DNA of 63,884 nucleotides, filler included, from Craspedostauros australis (Eukaryota): the NCBI GenBank assembly GCA_030167865.1. It is 16 parts of 16 records of this genome, joined end to end, with 100 filler letters (N's around TTAATTAATTAA, not from the genome) between each part and the next. Parts side by side here need not be neighbours in the genome. Positions count along the whole stretch, not along the records: positions 60,066 to 63,884 come from JALAGF010005688.1; 15 more parts are not named here. The stretch is one strand, 5' to 3'. A program made the position numbers and the translations under genes. A model generated the notes under the pieces. It searched no databases. It was not told the origin of the DNA and saw only the letters and a list, made by a program, of their open reading frames with translations. Of the stretch, positions 61,255 to 63,884 are shown in pieces. Numbering within the stretch: position 1 is the first letter of the stretch; each line of letters begins with the position of its first letter.

Positions 61255-63884
61255 ATGATTGATCCCCCCAAAAAGCCTTCACGAAAGCCTGCGCCCCGCA
61301 CAGGCCCATCGCCCACCTCACCCTCACACATGCACCATGCATATGACGGATCACCCTACAGCAGCTCACGGCCACACATCATATTCCTCAATGGAATGCC
61401 TTCCTCTGCCATCTTCTTTGCAGATAACAACAACACATCCAATTCTGAGCAAAGTCCAACCTACAGAGACTTCCTTGGAAACAACAAATCCTGCAACAGC
61501 AGCAATGTTTGGGGCAATCCAAATCTGCCTGCATCAGGTACCACTGCCTCCTCATTGGACAATGACACAAATCATCAGTCCGGTCAGGAGAATGCCACAA
61601 ATGGCAGCACTGTCAGCCCCATCCCTTCACCAACACGCAAATCCTACACTGACAGCAGCAGCACGCAAGAGTTCTCCAGAGACACCACCACCACACGAGA
61701 TAGTTGCCATGGTTGTGCATTCTTCACTGGTGATGACAGCAACCAGAGAACCATTCCGCAGCTGGACTTCCCTCCATTCCCAACACCAANGGATGGGCAA
61801 TCCCAGCACAACACTGTCTTCTCCAACAAATCCACCAAGTCACCCTGCAAATCCCGCCATACAGCCTCCCCAGGCAACAGCATTGCCACTCCTCCAGTAC
61901 CTTTGCTTCATCCAACGGTTCCTCCTCCATACTCTCTCCTACCAATTGGAAATCACAAGCCAAGATTTGCTGGCGTCCGGAATGTGAAGACAACAGTGGA
62001 CAGCCTTCTGGAGATCATATTTCCATCTACATTGATGGAAAGAATCCAACAGCATTCCAACAACCATTTCCGGAAGAGCGGCAGCATGGCTCCTGCCATC
62101 ACAATTTCCAAGCTTTACATATTCCTGGCGATGTATTACTACATGGGAGTATGGACTGCACCATCCAAGAGGGACTATTGGCGTGCCACCCGTGTATCTG
62201 TCCCATCAAACACGCTCATGACTCACCTGAGCAGGGATCGATACAACATCATCTTCTGCCACATCCACTTCACTGCAGAGCTTCCTGACTATGAAAACGG
62301 ATCAGCAGCATCTTCCGCCACACCCATTCAGGTCAATGTGGATGAAGATGACATGCGAGCATGTGCAGGAAGTGCCACCATGGCATCAGGAAGTGAATTG
62401 TCATCCATCAGCACAGCTTCATTGAACATCCACACTACAGAGTTGAACGATTCTGAAGCCTTGGATACGAAGCTGCCAGCACGAAAGAAGGCCAAAACGG
62501 ACAGTGACAGTGTTCAGTTGACCCGATCATGGTATCGGAAGGTGCAACCACTCCTCAACCACACAAATTGAGTGTTGAAATGCATCTGTACAAGACCAGG
62601 AGCCGCATGTGCTATTGACGAAATGATGGTGCGGTTCAAAGGTTGATCAGCCCAGACACATCGGATGAAGCAGAAGCCAATCAAAGAAGGCTTCAAATTC
62701 TTTGCATTGTGCTGTTCAAGCACCGGGTTCATGTACCATATCCTACCTGCAGGTCGACTTGACAAGACCATACGAATCAACAACACTGTGGAGGAGTTGA
62801 TGAATGAACTTGACCGAAGCCATCATCATGTTGTCACCATGGACAACTTCTTCACGACCAAGACAGTTCTGCAGCGGTCGAGACAGATGGGCATTGGCAT
62901 CTTGGGCACAGCACGCAATCGGAANGGATTCNCTCCAAAGGCAGTGAAGGAGGTGGAGGATGACAGGTTCAACAGTTTGTACATCTGGACCGAACCGAAT
63001 GAGCATGTGGTGACTCGGTGGGTGGACAACAACGTCGTCCTGATGGTGAGCACGGTTCACTATGGAAATGAGANNNNNNNNNNNNNNNNNNNNNNNNNNN
63101 NNNNNNNNNNNNNNNNNNNNNNNGAAGCCAATCAAAGAAGGCTTCAAATTCTTTGCATTGTGCTGTTCAAGCACTGGGTTCATGTACCATATCCTACCTG
63201 CAGGTCGGCTTGACAAGACCACACGAATCAACAACACTGTGGAGGAGTTGATGAATGAACTTGACCAAAGCCATCATCATGTTGTCACCATGGACAACTT
63301 CTTCANGACCAAGACAGTTCTGCAGCGGTCGAGACAGATGGGCATTGGCATCTTGGGCACAGCACGCAATCGGAACGGATTCCCTCCAAAGGCAGTGAAG
63401 GAGGTGGAGGATGACAGGTTCAACAGTTTGTACATCTGGACCAAACCGAATGAGCATGTGGTGACTCGGTGGGTGGACAACAACGTCGTCCTGATGGTGA
63501 GCACGGTCCACTATGGAAATGAGACGGTTGTTCGTGATCGTCACAAGCCAAGAGAGACACGGATCAACAAGAAGCATCTCAAGACGGTGTGGGGGGATGA
63601 TTGGAATGCAAGAATCCNCATTCCCAAAATGATCGATGACTACAATCACTGGATGGGTGGGGTTGACCGATGTGACCAGCTCATATCATATCATCNTCCA
63701 AACATGCGGTGCAGGAGGATATGGATGCCACTCATGTTCCATTTCCTGGATATCCTCAGAGTGAACGCATGGATCAGTCATTGTCATCTGGCAGACAAAG
63801 AGGAGAGGTTGTCCCAAAAAGAATTCATGCTGGAGATGGTGGAAGCCCTTGTGAGGAAGTCGTCCACATCGAGTTCAAGGGGCA
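61255..63884 (+). mobile_element. piggyBac transposase, defective
   Basis: RDYW, SRDRY, AIDEMMVRFKG*, KPIKEGFK, TMDNFFT, LGTAR, WVDNN, YNHWMGGVDRCDQ, VNAW. Stops at 62569 and 62644. Block duplicated across a 50-N gap. Confidence 0.92.

Noticed and set aside
60320..61262. Long S/Q/H/I/A-rich ORFs in all three plus frames
   Set aside because: By-product of a stop-free 8-bp satellite; the transposase more plausibly starts at 61255.

Overview
This is eukaryotic DNA, most likely from a diatom, and not one continuous locus. Sixteen small gappy scaffolds are joined by an artificial 100-bp spacer (44 N + TTAATTAATTAA + 44 N), so nothing can be inferred about adjacency across a spacer. The diatom call rests on CoDi-type Copia pol, an Ambal-like LINE, a TTAGGG telomere, GT-AG introns and a PPC-like repeat common in diatoms. 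Transposons dominate. They include fragments of one Ty1/Copia family (A) that together cover LTR-gag-PR-INT-RT-RNaseH, further Copia lineages, a decayed RNase H-bearing LINE, a DD38D Tc1/mariner with a non-autonomous element sharing its ends, a decayed piggyBac, and a solo-LTR-like insertion. Host genes are ALG2 (3' part), an ASPM homolog, an H1-like winged-helix protein, a secreted Cys-repeat protein with a GPI-like tail, and an ankyrin-BTB pseudogene. One chromosome end is present. The best novelty candidates are: (1) an intron-containing piggyBac-like DD transposase fused in frame to a YqaJ/lambda-exonuclease-like region (6092-9071, minus); (2) a ~370-aa extra segment with a hypervariable module between gag and protease in Copia family A, which also lacks a canonical tRNA primer site; (3) shared inverted ends that may mark a palindromic CGA-TA-TCG target. 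All family calls come from motif recognition by eye; no database searches were run.
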